DNA of 26,954 nucleotides from IMG/VR virus record IMGVR_UViG_3300005289_000054, one strand, 5' to 3'. Under the pieces are notes generated by a model. That model worked only from the letters and a program-made list of their open reading frames with translations, made no database searches and was not told the origin of the DNA. The position numbers and the translations under genes were made by a program. Numbering within the stretch: position 1 is the first letter of the stretch; every line of letters starts with the position of its first letter. Positions 1-9,902 of this stretch are shown here, one piece after another. This DNA is from a virus. Its lineage: Duplodnaviria; Heunggongvirae; Uroviricota; Caudoviricetes.

Positions 1-850
1 GTTTATCTGGTAGATTGAAAGTAGTGCTACCATCACCAGCACCAAACCTAGTTCCGATACGTTGGAATAGGATTGGATATAGAGTTCGGCTAACAGCTTG
101 TCCATGTGCATACATTAATCGGTCTGAAGGAACAACTTGATCTGAGTAGGAAATCATAGCTCCGATTGGAAGAATTTCATCCATTACTTGAGATATCAAC
201 GACTGAACCCACTGTGTAGTTGCTGTTGCTGAACTGTTTTCTGTTAAAGGTGGATTAGCAGAGCCAAACGTAGCAACTATCTGACCATCATTTAAAATTA
301 CTGATTTGTCACCATCATGGAATAATCCGTCATTTTGATGAGCTTTAAATGAAAAACCAAAGTTATCATCCCCAGTATCTGTTAGTCCAACAGCAGCAAG
401 ATAACCATTACCTGAAACCTTTCCGTCAACTTCAGGGGTTGCTTTTGACACATAAAGATCGAGATATCCATCTTCAGTTTTAATCTTGTTTATTTCTTCA
501 GTTAGATCAATAACTGAAGCATTACTTGCCCAAGCAATAACCCAAAAACTAGAACTCTCTGGTAAATCTGGTTGCTCGTTGATATTCTGTGTAAGTGCTT
601 TATAAACATTCCCAGAGTAGGCTATGTGGGCATTAACTGGATATTCAGTTGAGTTATCCCATTCAGGAACACCATTCTGCATTAAGTATGCAATAGCAAC
701 ATCTTGTCTATTCTCAATAAAGTTAACAAGTTCATATTTTGGTTTTTCTACAACATGACCTTGTTCAATCTTCTCTGATGTTGGTTGTATAATATTCCCG
801 TTATTTGCCCAAACACCGTTGTTGTAATTTGGTTTAGTGTAAATTGTCAT
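1..850 (-). CDS. Tail fibre protein with tail collar domain (3' end runs off the window)
   Basis: Not in the ORF track; translated by hand from ATG at 850 (SD AAGGA): MTIYTKPNYNNGVWANNGNIIQPTSEKIEQG...EWDNSTEYPVNAHIAYSGNVYKAL...ILPIGAMISYSDQVVPSDRLMYAHGQAVSRTLYPILFQRIGTRFGAGDGSTTFNLPD, a typical tail collar motif. No stop to the window edge; follows the baseplate genes. Confidence 0.9.
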   Translation of the reverse strand, partial: MTIYTKPNYNNGVWANNGNIIQPTSEKIEQGHVVEKPKYELVNFIENRQDVAIAYLMQNGVPEWDNSTEYPVNAHIAYSGNVYKALTQNINEQPDLPESSSFWVIAWASNASVIDLTEEINKIKTEDGYLDLYVSKATPEVDGKVSGNGYLAAVGLTDTGDDNFGFSFKAHQNDGLFHDGDKSVILNDGQIVATFGSANPPLTENSSATATTQWVQSLISQVMDEILPIGAMISYSDQVVPSDRLMYAHGQAVSRTLYPILFQRIGTRFGAGDGSTTFNLPDK

Positions 851-859
851 TATTATTCC

Positions 860-1486
860 TTATGTTGTTCCTTCTATCATTTCTACTCTGACACCAACAG
901 CAATAGGAAGAATGTCATCTAACGTACCAATTTTATCTATGAAATAACTAACCATACCAATAGGATCGTCAACAATAATCTGAATCAATCCGTGAGTTTG
1001 AACCGTTACTGTTGCAGAAGAATTTCCAGCTAAAAGATTGATTACTTCAATAAGATCATTTGTCTTGCAATTAGTATTATTCTTAATTATTCTTGCTTTT
1101 ATAATTCTCTTATATTCTTCGTCTGTTAATAGTCTGCTGGTTGCTGCATTATAGTAACCATAACTATTCCATAAACCACCAACATTAGGATCGATTGCTG
1201 TACCAAATGTTTCAGCTTGATAAGCACCTTCAAATCCAAAATAAGGTTCTGTATTAAAGGAAACAAGAATTCGACTTTGACCAACAATACGCCCAATTAA
1301 ATCTAGTTGAGAATTTTCAGCAGAATCGATATCAAGTAAATGTTCTCCATACCATATGAAATCATTCTGTTGATCTTCATAAGCAGCTACAATACTCTCA
1401 AGAAGTCCTAAGAATATTGGACTATCTTTAAAAATAGAAGTAACTAATGCTTTAGTCTCAGCTTGATAATCAATTGATGTAATCAT
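860..1486 (-). CDS. Baseplate wedge protein (DUF2612/gpI-like)
   Basis: LDIDSAENSQLDLIGRIVGQSR and YKRIIKARIIKN motifs; lies between baseplate J and tail fibre. Confidence 0.75.
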   Translation of the reverse strand: MITSIDYQAETKALVTSIFKDSPIFLGLLESIVAAYEDQQNDFIWYGEHLLDIDSAENSQLDLIGRIVGQSRILVSFNTEPYFGFEGAYQAETFGTAIDPNVGGLWNSYGYYNAATSRLLTDEEYKRIIKARIIKNNTNCKTNDLIEVINLLAGNSSATVTVQTHGLIQIIVDDPIGMVSYFIDKIGTLDDILPIAVGVRVEMIEGTT

Positions 1487-1488
1487 TA

Positions 1489-2940
1489 TTAACTCCCGCC
1501 GATTTGAATATTCTCATGACTAATTGTAGCTAATTCATTATGATTAATAATAATATCTTCTGTTCCTAAAGGTTGACCAACACGGCTAATCTTTAAGTTT
1601 CGGACGCTAAATCCACGAATGCTGTTAATTGGTTCGTACAAACGAGAATAATAAATATCTTCACCAACAGTAAGCTCATTAAAGTATTCAACAATAGCTT
1701 GTTTAATCTGTGTTTGCCCACCAATAGGAAAATCAGGATAAACAGTTAGCGACATAGAAATTTGGATTGGTGCTTGTTGAGGTCTAGAGAATCTTTTAAT
1801 ATGTTGACCACCATTAATATCTGTAACAGTTTTAACAATATCTCCAGATGTTTCAATTCCAGCAGCTAAGTAATCAAATAAAGCTAATGCGATATCATCC
1901 TCATTACCACCTTGCACAGTTACTGCAACACCATTATTTGTAATACCACTACCTGTTGTATTGTTCGTTGTGTTTTGCTGAACACTTGCGAAAGTAACAC
2001 CATTAACCTGATTTAATGCAAATAATAAAGAGTTGTACGAACCTACAGAATTACCGCCTTTATTCAATTTCATACGGTATCGGTAGTCTTCATCATCTTC
2101 TACGCCTTGAGAAGCATCAACTTTAAATGGATTTGTAACACCCCTCCATCCTGCAATAGAAGTTCCAATTGAAGTAATTGTATTTTCTAAAGCTTCTGAG
2201 CTTGCATAGGAATCAGAAGTAATGTTTACAGGTTTATAGCTTCTATTCAGTAATAATTCTGATGAAGAAGTAAAATCACCAGTTCTGTATTGGTCTGTAA
2301 TTACAACCTTAACTGTATTATCATTATTTCGACTAGCTGTTAAGTACGAAGATTGTGAATTAACTGCATCAACAATCCTGTTAGCTACTTGAAGTATTGT
2401 TGTATCATTAACACCAAGTTGAACAGTAATGTTTGGGCTTTCACTGAGATAACCATTAATAGAATATGTTATTGTGTACAATGGAACGATTGAATTAATA
2501 GTAATCTCAACACCATTAACTGCTGTTGTTGTGAATGCTACATCTGAATTTGTTGTATAGGTATCACCAGTCCTAACACTTGATATTCTACTATTCTCAG
2601 GAACTAGCGTTCCAATATCACCATAAAGCATTCCCATTCCTACAGCTTGACTACTTCCTCTTCTGCTACTTCTATGGATTGAACCAAGAAAATCTAACTG
2701 TAAACCTTCTGCTGAATTAAAATCTAAAGCATTGATCCATGACGGTAATACTTGTGCGTTCTGAACTGCTGGTAAACTTGTTATTGAAAATATTCTACCT
2801 AAAACACTACTATCATCTGTTCTTAACTGTGTTGAGTTAAGATATGGAGCTAGAACAATATTAGCTCTATCAACCATTGTTTGTTTGACCTGATCAATTC
2901 CATCAACAACCAAGCCCTTTTCATCAAAGCTAACACCCAT
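1489..2940 (-). CDS. Baseplate J-like protein
   Basis: 483 aa; AEGLQLDFLG, VEDDEDYRYR and VTVQGGNEDDIALALF motifs typical of the baseplate J family; gene position. Confidence 0.88.
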   Translation of the reverse strand: MGVSFDEKGLVVDGIDQVKQTMVDRANIVLAPYLNSTQLRTDDSSVLGRIFSITSLPAVQNAQVLPSWINALDFNSAEGLQLDFLGSIHRSSRRGSSQAVGMGMLYGDIGTLVPENSRISSVRTGDTYTTNSDVAFTTTAVNGVEITINSIVPLYTITYSINGYLSESPNITVQLGVNDTTILQVANRIVDAVNSQSSYLTASRNNDNTVKVVITDQYRTGDFTSSSELLLNRSYKPVNITSDSYASSEALENTITSIGTSIAGWRGVTNPFKVDASQGVEDDEDYRYRMKLNKGGNSVGSYNSLLFALNQVNGVTFASVQQNTTNNTTGSGITNNGVAVTVQGGNEDDIALALFDYLAAGIETSGDIVKTVTDINGGQHIKRFSRPQQAPIQISMSLTVYPDFPIGGQTQIKQAIVEYFNELTVGEDIYYSRLYEPINSIRGFSVRNLKISRVGQPLGTEDIIINHNELATISHENIQIGGS

Positions 2941-2958
2941 TCTTTTTATATCTCCTAA

Positions 2959-3372
2959 TTATAATTGTGTTTTTAGAATAAGATTATCTTCTGTTGTTAA
3001 GACAATTCCTTGGTCAGTGACTAAAATGAAGAATCTAACAATAGCTTCTTCTTCAATACTTTTAACTTGGAACTCACAAGAGTAACTATAATTCTCAATA
3101 CGAGAATCAAAAAATAGGATGTCATCAACTAAAACTTCTTTTTTTATCTCTGTTTGCATGATGGCATCAACTGCTGACTTTGTTCGATTAACACCAAACA
3201 CTTCATTTACATAATCAATCCCATAAAATACATCCATAAACCATTCGCGCTTAAACGTCTTTAATCTTAGGTAAAGCATTTGAATAAGATCAGTTACAGT
3301 TGTATTTGAGATTAATAAGTCTCCGCCATCAAGTACTAAATCTTCTGTTACTTGATTAAATAATAAATCCAT
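2959..3372 (-). CDS. Baseplate wedge / sheath initiator (gp25/gpW-like)
   Basis: LIQMLYLRLKTFKREWFMDVFYGIDY pattern; between spike and baseplate J. Confidence 0.7.
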   Translation of the reverse strand: MDLLFNQVTEDLVLDGGDLLISNTTVTDLIQMLYLRLKTFKREWFMDVFYGIDYVNEVFGVNRTKSAVDAIMQTEIKKEVLVDDILFFDSRIENYSYSCEFQVKSIEEEAIVRFFILVTDQGIVLTTEDNLILKTQL

Positions 3373-3375
3373 ATC

Positions 3376-4083
3376 TTATCCTATTGGGTTTGGAGGTGCA
3401 GTGTTGCTATTACCACTCATTACACCGCCATGATTGTGCGTTGTAGCGAATTTATAGAAAGATATGTCTCTTACTACCACATCACCTTTTGTCTTTACTA
3501 TAGCGTTACCAGCGTCAACTAGAGGGGTATCTAAAATTACACTCTCTGCTTTAATTGTTGTCTGAGCAGGACATATCAAATTTACTGAGCCATCTTCATT
3601 AAAAGAAAGCTTGATCTCATTCTGAGTCTTCTTATTGTGTACAAAGTTTAGTGACTGACTATCAAATTGATTTGTGTAGTTGTTTGGATTTAAAGGAGAT
3701 TCTTGATAAGGATTGAATCCAACATGAGCGATAGCATTTCCCAAGTCTAAGATAGAAAAGCTTTGAGGATCATGCATCTCTTTTGTGCCATTTTTGTAGG
3801 CTTCAATATCCTTATCAGTAAATTGAAGTAGAACACCATCTCCTTGGTCTAAGGGCCAAGATATTGTTGTCTTGCCTGTACTTGGGTAAATAACAGGAAC
3901 TCGTTTGATGATATCATATTCATCAACATCTCCCGTATTATAAAGCTTATTAACTACGGGTTGTACATCAATAAAACCATCTTGTAATTCTTGTACATTT
4001 ACAACAATTGCTGGACAGCAGAAGTTCATATTCTTTAGATGATAGAATAAGCTATTTCTTATAATTGTTTCTATTTGAGCCAT
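3376..4083 (-). CDS. Baseplate central spike (gpV/Gp138-like)
   Basis: N-terminal OB-fold-like region (PAIVVNV...IDVQPVV...VPVIYP...PLDQGDGVLLQF) and C-terminal THNHGGV HxH metal-binding motif of spike tips. Confidence 0.88.
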   Translation of the reverse strand: MAQIETIIRNSLFYHLKNMNFCCPAIVVNVQELQDGFIDVQPVVNKLYNTGDVDEYDIIKRVPVIYPSTGKTTISWPLDQGDGVLLQFTDKDIEAYKNGTKEMHDPQSFSILDLGNAIAHVGFNPYQESPLNPNNYTNQFDSQSLNFVHNKKTQNEIKLSFNEDGSVNLICPAQTTIKAESVILDTPLVDAGNAIVKTKGDVVVRDISFYKFATTHNHGGVMSGNSNTAPPNPIG

Positions 4084-4094
4084 TACTCTTCCTC

Positions 4095-5417
4095 TTATTC
4101 TTCTGATACCATGTTTTCAGTATTATCACTACCAAGATTAGTATCATCATTTAAATTACCAGAGACTGTTTGGTTTGATTCAAATTCCTGAACTTGTTCT
4201 TGTGTAGCCACCTTGTCATACTTACCACCGCTATCCTCACAATTAAGCTCCATTGTGTGCTTGCCATCTCTGTTATTTCCATTGTACTTAACAGTTCTAA
4301 CTCGATAGACTCCATTTGCTTCAGCAATCTTAGATTCAATTTTTACATGAGATTGTGGTTTGACTGAAGGATTAAGCAAAGCTTCAACAGAAATGTATTT
4401 TCTAATAATTTTTATTTTGTAATTTTTTGGTTTTATAGCTTTAGGTGTCTTGCCTTTACTAATTGCTTTTTGTCTTGCTATCTCAGCTTTCTCAGCAGCC
4501 TTCTGTTTTTTCTGTGCCACAGTTGCAAGAGACTCTTGTGTTGCTTCTTCGTTGGCATTCAACTTCCATTTCTCTGGAGCGTTTACTAGTTTTTGTTCTA
4601 GTCTAGGAGTTCCAACTAATCCTGTATCTTTGTTTAAAACAATTGCTGTTTCATTTGCTTCATCTTCAGAAGTAACAAATATTTTATTAAACTGTTCAGC
4701 TTCGAGTAAGTTTTTATCATTGACTTGAGCAAGTTTCTCATAGCCTAATCTAGCCCAAGATGAAACAATGTGAACCTTATTATCAGGAATAGTGAACATC
4801 AATGTTCTTGTTCCATCGTCATTGAAAACAATGTGATGAGTCAATCCGTAGTTATAACAAAACTTTTCTAAAACAGATTTAATATTTCCTCTTTGGGGGT
4901 GATTGATCTTTTTAGTTCTAATCCATTCTGTAACCGCTTCGACATCATCTTCTTGTACGTTAACTAAGTGGAAACCAACAGTCATATTCATATCTTCTGC
5001 TATACCAACAGCAGCTTGAAATATAGATGTCACACCACTATCAACAATAGTTGTCTTAGAGAAGGCATAATCCATGAAGTTTGCACTAACATCGATTACA
5101 GTAACTATCTCACTTCCTGAATATTCAGGAACAACTCGTGTGATAGAGGCGATGAAGAGTAACTTAATGATGTCATTAACATATCCAGTTCTTAAATATA
5201 ACTCTCCACCACTCCCGCCAATAGACCTTCTGGTTTCCTCTGTCAATCCGTAGATTTTAACCTGACCTACAGAAGCTTCATTTGATTCATCGATTGTTTT
5301 ATAGAATGTAAATTCTATTTTTAAATCATTTCCGATCTCAATCTTTTCGCCAGTCTTAAAGTTTCTAACTTCAATCTCAATAACTCGACCAAATTGATAT
5401 CCTTCTGTAATAGCCAT
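4095..5417 (-). CDS. Baseplate hub protein (gp27/Mu gp44-like)
   Basis: FGRVIEIEV start, TGLVGTPR and ALLNPSVKPQSHVKIES motifs; directly precedes the spike. Confidence 0.75.
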   Translation of the reverse strand: MAITEGYQFGRVIEIEVRNFKTGEKIEIGNDLKIEFTFYKTIDESNEASVGQVKIYGLTEETRRSIGGSGGELYLRTGYVNDIIKLLFIASITRVVPEYSGSEIVTVIDVSANFMDYAFSKTTIVDSGVTSIFQAAVGIAEDMNMTVGFHLVNVQEDDVEAVTEWIRTKKINHPQRGNIKSVLEKFCYNYGLTHHIVFNDDGTRTLMFTIPDNKVHIVSSWARLGYEKLAQVNDKNLLEAEQFNKIFVTSEDEANETAIVLNKDTGLVGTPRLEQKLVNAPEKWKLNANEEATQESLATVAQKKQKAAEKAEIARQKAISKGKTPKAIKPKNYKIKIIRKYISVEALLNPSVKPQSHVKIESKIAEANGVYRVRTVKYNGNNRDGKHTMELNCEDSGGKYDKVATQEQVQEFESNQTVSGNLNDDTNLGSDNTENMVSEE

Positions 5418-5426
5418 AAACTCTCC

Positions 5427-5831
5427 TTAATTACCTACAGCTTGTTCTCTGTACGTTTTGTAAATCGTATCCTTGACTTCTGTTCTGTTCCCAACAAAAG
5501 CAATGAACATTTGAGACTTCCAATTATAGAAGTCAACTTCTGTTCGGTAATTATCTATAAGCTCTAAAGTTACATAGTAATTCAAACCCAAGAGTTGAGA
5601 GTTGATATTTAAATCAACTCTTCGTCCAACATCTAAGAAGGTTCTTTCAAGTAATACAGTTCCGTTAGTAGTTGTTAAACTTATCCATCTTTTATCCAGT
5701 CTCTCATTGTAACCAACATTCATAACAACACTAAGGAAGTCTAGGTTGAATGTCGTGGTATATGAGTTTAGATTGAGTGGAACGATGCGAAGAATGTCTA
5801 GATCAAAATAACCTTTTTCTTGTGCCATCAC
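5427..5831 (-). CDS. Small baseplate/tail-tip protein
   Basis: 134 aa between Dit-like and hub genes; start overlaps the upstream stop (GTGA); SD GGAG. Confidence 0.6.
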   Translation of the reverse strand: MMAQEKGYFDLDILRIVPLNLNSYTTTFNLDFLSVVMNVGYNERLDKRWISLTTTNGTVLLERTFLDVGRRVDLNINSQLLGLNYYVTLELIDNYRTEVDFYNWKSQMFIAFVGNRTEVKDTIYKTYREQAVGN

Positions 5832-6691
5832 TTCATCTCCACTCTGTATCCAGAACCATAATTAACAACCCTTGTTTGACGACCACTTTCGCTTGAAATG
5901 GTTACAGCATTCTCATAAGCTTGTTTCTCAAACTCAAGACGTTTGTTATCTAACTTGGTTTGTTGAAGATCAATCTTGGCTTTAGAATCATCTGCTAATC
6001 CAATCTTACCATCCTCAATCGTCTTGCTATCTTCAGGTTTTATACCTAAACCTGAACCATCCTCATCACCTGTAGATGATTTTGAAGAAGACGCTCCACC
6101 AGCATTAGTATTAGTTGATCTTGGAGTTTTAACCAACATGGGTTGTCTTTCTTCTGCTGTTAATACGTCTTTCCTAACATAAGCAATGTTAAGTTGTTGT
6201 ATTGACATCCTGAAGAATGTGACTTTATCAACCCCTGCTTGTTCATTGGTTCCATAAGTAACTAATACACAGTTGTTATATTCTTTTACTTTTGAAAGTG
6301 AAAGATTGGAATACTTGAGCTGAGGATCTGATTCATAACTATTCTGTTCAGTAACTAGAAGAGTAAATACAATCCCATCTAAGATGAGGCTATCCAATTC
6401 ATCTTCAATAATTAACTTCTGAGTAGAAGCTGGAGCAGAAGCAAAATTGAATTGATTTCCATCCCACTTCAGCTCATTAGAAGCATTAAATATGTCATAT
6501 CCAGAAATAATTCCTGAAAGATCAAAGCTAGGATTGTTAACAACAATGTGATCTGAAATTTGCATTCCGTTTTCAACAGGATTGTTGGAAACTGTTGCAG
6601 ATAATGATTTAGATGCTTCAGTAACAGATGAGAATGATAGAACTTTGGTGACAGTTTGTGTTCTGTCTTTGATAATAATTGTATATATCAC
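5828..6691 (-). CDS. Dit-like distal tail / tube initiator protein
   Basis: SATVSNNPVENGMQISDHIVVNNPSFDLSGII is typical of Dit-like proteins after the tape measure; GTG start overlaps the TMP stop. Confidence 0.75.
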   Translation of the reverse strand: MIYTIIIKDRTQTVTKVLSFSSVTEASKSLSATVSNNPVENGMQISDHIVVNNPSFDLSGIISGYDIFNASNELKWDGNQFNFASAPASTQKLIIEDELDSLILDGIVFTLLVTEQNSYESDPQLKYSNLSLSKVKEYNNCVLVTYGTNEQAGVDKVTFFRMSIQQLNIAYVRKDVLTAEERQPMLVKTPRSTNTNAGGASSSKSSTGDEDGSGLGIKPEDSKTIEDGKIGLADDSKAKIDLQQTKLDNKRLEFEKQAYENAVTISSESGRQTRVVNYGSGYRVEMK

Positions 6692-8763
6692 CCTACAAGC
6701 TCCAGAACTGTTGCGTTACCCAAGAAGTCTAGTTCACCTCTTGCAGTTAACTTATTGTCTAAATAAATATTTATTGGTTTGGTTGCAGAAAGTACTTTGT
6801 CTAATGCTTTCTTAGTTAGATCACCACCATTTTCAGGCATCGCATTTGGTCTTCTTAGTAAAGGAGGAGCCTGATATTGTTGAGGAGGATTTCTTTGTTC
6901 AGGAGACATAAGGTTAGGTCTAACAATCTTAGTATTCCTAACATCACCAGTACCGCCAAAGTATTCACCACTAGACCAAGGATTGTTTCTATTCATGAAA
7001 GTATCAATAGGATTAGCAACCATATTCTTAGCATTGTAGAATGCTAATTTCATTTTCAATCCCAAGATATCAAACCAAAGACCTAAGCCTTTAATCTTTT
7101 CTCCCCAAACATCAATCCATGTTGTTTGACCTTGCATACCTTGGTTAACAGCTTTACCAACCTTCCAAAGAATACCTAGAATCGTAATCCACCAGAAGAA
7201 TCTCTTACCAATTGCAATAATGGCTCTCATTAAGCCACCAGATAGGAATGCTCTAAATGCTACCCATATACCTCTTAAGTTTTTTACATTCTTAATAAGA
7301 CTGACAATCAACTTTCCTTTGCGTAATAAAAGTAAACTTACTACACCAAGGATGATTGCTAATGCTCCGTTTCCATCTGTAGCCTCGTCAAGAAGTTTCT
7401 TTAATTCCTTCCATCCTGTAATTACAAATTTAATCCCAGAGCCAACATCATTTAATGCAAGAACAAGACTATTAAGACCTTCAAATAATCCTTTTAATGC
7501 GGTATCCAAACCACCTTGTAAGATGTTTTTAGATAGTGTATCGATGTTGTTCATTAGGCGTTGTTGAGATACAAGAGATGTATTTAGAGCCTTATCTAAT
7601 GCTCCATTCTTACGAGCCATATCTGAAGTAATCTTAGCTAATTCATCAGCTATTTCAGGTATTTTAACCTTACCAGCTTTCTGGAATTTATCGTAGTCAG
7701 TATCTTTAATACCATATGTTCTTACAGCAGCTTGTCTGAAGATTTCTCGTGATAAGCCACGCTCTGCCATCTGACCAACTTCTTCAGCCTCTACTTTACC
7801 TTTGGAAAGCATTTGACCTAAAGCACGATACACACCTTGTTGATCTTCCGCATTACTACCAAAGACTGTCATTAATTCACCAAGACCAGTAAATAGCTTC
7901 TGTGTCTTCTCTAATGACATTTTACCTTGAGCGGATTGGAGAACCTTAGCAAAACCCATGCCCATTTCTTTGGTGGATTGTCCTAAGCGATCAGATTCTT
8001 TTCTTACATACTCCATTGACTTAACAAAGTCAGCATTAGAGTCTGTAGCAGCAGTCATGATGTTTTCCATCTTCTGCATGTCACGACCACGAGTGATAAC
8101 TTCTTTTGCTGCAAAACCACCAGCAGCTAAACCACCGCCAATTGCTGTAGCGGGAGCCATTGACCTAAAGAAAGGAGCAATGCTACCAAGCCAAGGAGAT
8201 TCACCTCTACGACCTCCAAAGCCACTGAAAGGGATAACTGTTGTTCCACCTTGACGTGGAGCATTTCCTTGATTTCTTCCTGTGACTGTAGAAGTCTTTT
8301 GACTAATATTTACTTTAGCATTTACAGAAGCATTATTTCTCAGTTCTTTAATCTTTTCATTAGCGCCTTTTAGTAAATCTTTAGTTCGCTGTACTTGATC
8401 TCCATAAGCTTTCCAGCGTTGCTCACCATAAACTAGACTACCATGAATCTTACCTAGACTTTGAGTTGTTGTTTTTTGATTCTTTGTAATACTCAGGAAA
8501 GCTTTATCAACTTTCTCAACAGCATTTTTTAGATCAACATAAGTTGCAGATAATTTGTTATCTGACTTCTTGATCTTTAAATTACCATTAACTCTTACTA
8601 AAGCCCTATTCACTTGATTAAGAGAATCTGTAAGTACGCGAGCATTTCTTGCTAATAAGGCTGTATCAGCACGAGCTTCTTTTAATGCAGCTTTAAACTG
8701 TACCAAACCTGAAGTATCAATGTTGAAGCCTAATGTAGCAAACATTTTAGTTATTTGTTGCAT
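6688..8763 (-). CDS. Tape measure protein
   Basis: 691 aa helical protein with tape-measure signature (SMEYVRKESDRLG...VYRALGQMLSKGKVEAEEVGQMAERG) and hydrophobic C-terminal segments; follows the tail chaperones. Confidence 0.93.
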   Translation of the reverse strand: MQQITKMFATLGFNIDTSGLVQFKAALKEARADTALLARNARVLTDSLNQVNRALVRVNGNLKIKKSDNKLSATYVDLKNAVEKVDKAFLSITKNQKTTTQSLGKIHGSLVYGEQRWKAYGDQVQRTKDLLKGANEKIKELRNNASVNAKVNISQKTSTVTGRNQGNAPRQGGTTVIPFSGFGGRRGESPWLGSIAPFFRSMAPATAIGGGLAAGGFAAKEVITRGRDMQKMENIMTAATDSNADFVKSMEYVRKESDRLGQSTKEMGMGFAKVLQSAQGKMSLEKTQKLFTGLGELMTVFGSNAEDQQGVYRALGQMLSKGKVEAEEVGQMAERGLSREIFRQAAVRTYGIKDTDYDKFQKAGKVKIPEIADELAKITSDMARKNGALDKALNTSLVSQQRLMNNIDTLSKNILQGGLDTALKGLFEGLNSLVLALNDVGSGIKFVITGWKELKKLLDEATDGNGALAIILGVVSLLLLRKGKLIVSLIKNVKNLRGIWVAFRAFLSGGLMRAIIAIGKRFFWWITILGILWKVGKAVNQGMQGQTTWIDVWGEKIKGLGLWFDILGLKMKLAFYNAKNMVANPIDTFMNRNNPWSSGEYFGGTGDVRNTKIVRPNLMSPEQRNPPQQYQAPPLLRRPNAMPENGGDLTKKALDKVLSATKPINIYLDNKLTARGELDFLGNATVLELVG

Positions 8764-9046
8764 TCTTTCTTACCCTTTCTTCTTCAGAGGCATACATGTT
8801 GTCAATATCTAAAACTTCCAGCATGTCGTAGACATCGCCTACTGTATATTTGTATTTGAGATCATGAAGTGTTGAAGGTTTATCAATATCTTTAAAAGAA
8901 AGAATATGAAGCCACTCCAAAGGCATGGAAAAATTATTTTTTATTTGTTCTTCATACTTCGGATTTACCCTCGATGTTGAATTTTCAGAGATTTCTCTTA
9001 CTCTAAATTCAAACCGAGTTTTTGAAAAACATCGCTGTAGTTGAAC
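8747..9046 (-). CDS. Tail assembly chaperone C-terminal extension (gpT-like, -1 frame; probably made as a G-T fusion)
   Basis: Not in the ORF track. The -1 frame is open from 9046 to TAA at 8747-8749: ...FSKTRFEFRVREISENSTSRVNPKYEEQIKNNFSMPLEWLHILSFKDIDKPSTLHDLKYKYTVGDVYDMLEVLDIDNMYASEEERVRKNATNN*. The first ATG (8926) has no SD. Confidence 0.75.
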   Translation of the reverse strand, partial: VQLQRCFSKTRFEFRVREISENSTSRVNPKYEEQIKNNFSMPLEWLHILSFKDIDKPSTLHDLKYKYTVGDVYDMLEVLDIDNMYASEEERVRKNATNN

Positions 9047-9384
9047 TTAACTACTTCAGCTACCAGCATTAACATTGGTACATATCGCATCTGGAATTCT
9101 TTATCGATATTAATCTTTTGACCATCTTTCTCAACATCACGAATCAAATCAAAAACTAATGCTGTGAAATCATCTGTTCCATCAAAAAATAAATTCTGTA
9201 GTACTGGAGTTAAATCAATATCTTCTTCTGAGTCTTCAGATACAGAAGCTTGAGATAATGCTCCAATAATAGGTGTTGCGTACTTGCTTAAACGTGCAAG
9301 TAATTTAAATCCTTTTTCACCAACAAAGGCATTAATAATGTATGGTTGATCATCAATATTTACGATCTTTTGCTTAATAGTCAT
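8998..9384 (-). CDS. Tail assembly chaperone (gpG-like)
   Basis: 128 aa acidic protein between tube genes and TMP; SD GGAGA. Confidence 0.8.
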   Translation of the reverse strand: MTIKQKIVNIDDQPYIINAFVGEKGFKLLARLSKYATPIIGALSQASVSEDSEEDIDLTPVLQNLFFDGTDDFTALVFDLIRDVEKDGQKINIDKEFQMRYVPMLMLVAEVVKFNYSDVFQKLGLNLE

Positions 9385-9407
9385 ATAATCTCCTAATATT
9401 ATATTTG

Positions 9408-9893
9408 TTATCCTGTAGAGGATTCTGAAAAAATGTTTGAAACAATCTTTGTTCCAACTTCTAATAAACCAAATTCAAAAGCTCTATCATCAGCTTGTTG
9501 TGATTGCATGATTCCAGCGCCTGACATTAAATGCCCTCTAAACTGACCAACTAGCTCACCATTATCGTAAACAGTGATTGATACCCAACCTCTGAAAGAT
9601 AGTTGATCTTTTGCAAGAGTCTTTAGCATGTCAATGCATTGTGCTGTTGGTAGAACGGTTACTGTTGCTTTTAAATTATCGAATGTGTCATAGTAAGCGT
9701 AATAATCTCTTGACACTCCAACATCTGAACGAGAGATTAAATCAACGCTTAGTTCAACAGAAACAACACCATCAAGTAGCATTCCTGCTACATAAAATTT
9801 ATTCTTACTGGCATCGTAAACTTTCGTTTTTCTTGTGATTGCTGCGCCAAGGAGGTTTTGAGCTTTACCAAGTAAACCACTAACTACTGTCAT
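9408..9893 (-). CDS. Tail tube-like protein (divergent paralogue)
   Basis: YDASKNKFYVAGMLLDG...KATVTVLPTAQCIDML aligns by eye with the two upstream tube-like proteins. Confidence 0.55.
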   Translation of the reverse strand: MTVVSGLLGKAQNLLGAAITRKTKVYDASKNKFYVAGMLLDGVVSVELSVDLISRSDVGVSRDYYAYYDTFDNLKATVTVLPTAQCIDMLKTLAKDQLSFRGWVSITVYDNGELVGQFRGHLMSGAGIMQSQQADDRAFEFGLLEVGTKIVSNIFSESSTG

Positions 9894-9902
9894 AATCTCT
9901 CC

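Noticed and set aside
8764-8926. Possible N-terminal extension of the tape measure protein
   Set aside because: The open frame here differs from the TMP frame and stops at 8747-8749; it belongs to the chaperone extension.
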